DNA of 64,000 nucleotides from Candidatus Omnitrophota bacterium (GTDB taxonomy: Bacteria; Ratteibacteria; UBA8468; MWAK01). This document shows positions 62,773 to 64,000 of this stretch, piece after piece. The DNA lies in NCBI GenBank assembly GCA_043826355.1, contig JBDRQI010000011.1, positions 32,001 through 96,000 on the forward strand, read 5' to 3'. Under the pieces are notes generated by a model. The model did not search any database and was not told where the DNA came from. It saw only the letters and a program-made list of their open reading frames with translations. A program made the translations under genes and the position numbers. Numbering within the stretch: position 1 is the first letter of the stretch; each line of letters starts with the position of its first letter.

Positions 62773-63057
62773 ATGGATTTCTCAATTTTGGTATCGATTT
62801 TTGAGGCTTCCGGCTGGCAGGCCCTGGGCAAGATTCCCAATCCGGTCACCAACAAGACGGAACTGAACCTTCCGGCCGCTGAAAACACGATTGAAATTTT
62901 AATCCTGTTGAGGGAAAAATCCCGGGGAAACCTCACCCCGGATGAAGAAAAATATCTATCGGCCGCAATCGCAAACCTGCAGTTAAATTACGCCGCCGAA
63001 AAAGAGAATCCGCAAACCGGTGCCGTCGAAAAAGAAGGGGTTGCAAAAGAAGGTTGA
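62773..63057 (+). CDS. DUF1844-like protein
   Basis: ALGKIPNP.T, IE.L..L.EK..GNL..DE, L..LQLNY. Confidence 0.8.
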   Translation: MDFSILVSIFEASGWQALGKIPNPVTNKTELNLPAAENTIEILILLREKSRGNLTPDEEKYLSAAIANLQLNYAAEKENPQTGAVEKEGVAKEG

Positions 63058-64000
63058 TGAACTGCCGAACCTGCCGGGCGTGTATCTTTTTCGGGATAAG
63101 TCCGGCCGGATAATTTATGCCGGAAAAGCTCTTTCCCTGCGCAACCGGGTCCGCTCCTATTTTCAATCAAGCCGGTCTTTTGACCCGAAGACCGAACTTC
63201 TGGTTAACGAAATAGCCGATATTGAACATTACCCCACTGCCGGCGAAGCCGAAGCGTTCTTTCTGGAAAGCCGCTTCATTAAAACCTATCAGCCGCACTA
63301 CAACGTAGATTTGCGCGACGACAAGACCTTTCCCCTGGTACGCATCACCAAAAATGATTTTCCGCGGGTTGAGATTATTCGGGGCAGAAAAGGAAAAGAC
63401 GCTTATTATTTCGGACCTTTTACCGAGGCCTGGGCTCTGCGCCGGGCGGTGCGTAATCTGCGCCGGATATTTCCGGTGGCCGGCTGCCGGCGCCGGATTA
63501 ATCCGAAAAATCCGGTCAGGCCCTGTTTTGATTATAACCTGAAACGCTGCCTGGCGCCGTGCGCCGGGAAAACTACGCACGAGGAATATAGCCGCACCGT
63601 CCGCGCCCTCCTGTCTTTTTTTGAAGGTAAAAACAGACGGATTATTTCGGAGTTGAAAACGGCGATGGAAAAAGCCGCCGGAGAACTGAACTTTGAAGAG
63701 GCGGCCCGGATACGCGACGAAATAGACGTATTGCGGCGGGTACAAAAACACCCGAAGGCGCTGGGAAGGGAACGGCCGTTTCAGGAGGCAATTTTAAACC
63801 TTAAAGACAGTCTGGAGTTACGGAAGGAACCGGTGCGGATTGAGGCTTACGATATTTCCAATCTTTCCGGGCGGGAAGCCGTGGGGAGTATGGTCACCTT
63901 TCTGGCCGGAGAACCCTGCCGGAAAATGTACCGGCGATTTCGGATAAAAGAGGTTGGGGGCATTGATGACTGTGCGATGATATCTGAGGTTTTAAAGCGG
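63041..64000 (+). CDS. uvrC: Excinuclease ABC subunit C (partial, runs off window)
   Basis: Manual translation LPNLPGVYLF..IIYAGKA.SLRNRVRSYF, YNV.LRDDK, C.APC, FEEAA.IRD, RIEAYDISN; start 63020 or 63041. Confidence 0.92.
   Translation, partial: MQKKVDELPNLPGVYLFRDKSGRIIYAGKALSLRNRVRSYFQSSRSFDPKTELLVNEIADIEHYPTAGEAEAFFLESRFIKTYQPHYNVDLRDDKTFPLVRITKNDFPRVEIIRGRKGKDAYYFGPFTEAWALRRAVRNLRRIFPVAGCRRRINPKNPVRPCFDYNLKRCLAPCAGKTTHEEYSRTVRALLSFFEGKNRRIISELKTAMEKAAGELNFEEAARIRDEIDVLRRVQKHPKALGRERPFQEAILNLKDSLELRKEPVRIEAYDISNLSGREAVGSMVTFLAGEPCRKMYRRFRIKEVGGIDDCAMISEVLKR

Noticed and set aside
63167..63751. 194-aa minus-strand ORF and other long antisense ORFs (e.g. 17442-18149, 55950-56636)
   Set aside because: Shadows of well-supported genes on the opposite strand.

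Overview
Chromosomal, mostly housekeeping window from a diderm bacterium (LptD, WaaA, LolE/D, MurJ) that is probably anaerobic (two 2-oxoacid:ferredoxin oxidoreductase sets, ferredoxin, rubrerythrin-like protein). An uncultured PVC-related or candidate-phylum origin is an inference only. It holds about 70 CDS: gmd-rmlDBAC, murD-ftsW-murG, pnp-rpsO, cmk, frr-pyrH, metG, pyrDK, dnaX-ybaB, vor/por, pyrC, waaA, hisF, murJ and a partial uvrC. There are three tRNAs (Val-TAC, Met-CAT, Arg-CCG), a minor-pilin/GspG cluster, a PIN toxin-antitoxin pair and a GxxExxY nuclease. I saw no CRISPR array, rRNA, integrase or transposase. The unusual content is mostly non-coding. At least eight families of short, mostly palindromic, elements saturate the intergenic space, nest inside each other and are translated in-frame inside several genes. 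The best candidate for an undescribed system is a ~125-135 bp structured element behind two different tRNA genes: its core is shared and covarying, but its flanks are inverted and direct copies of its own host tRNA's 3' end. Other highlights are a four-copy ~170-190 bp covarying hairpin family, a TA cassette flanked by a duplicated cmk 5' end, a membrane-tethered ECF sigma/anti-sigma fusion, and sigma70-like promoters with 18-bp spacers, often feeding near-leaderless mRNAs. All calls come from reading the sequence; no searches were run.
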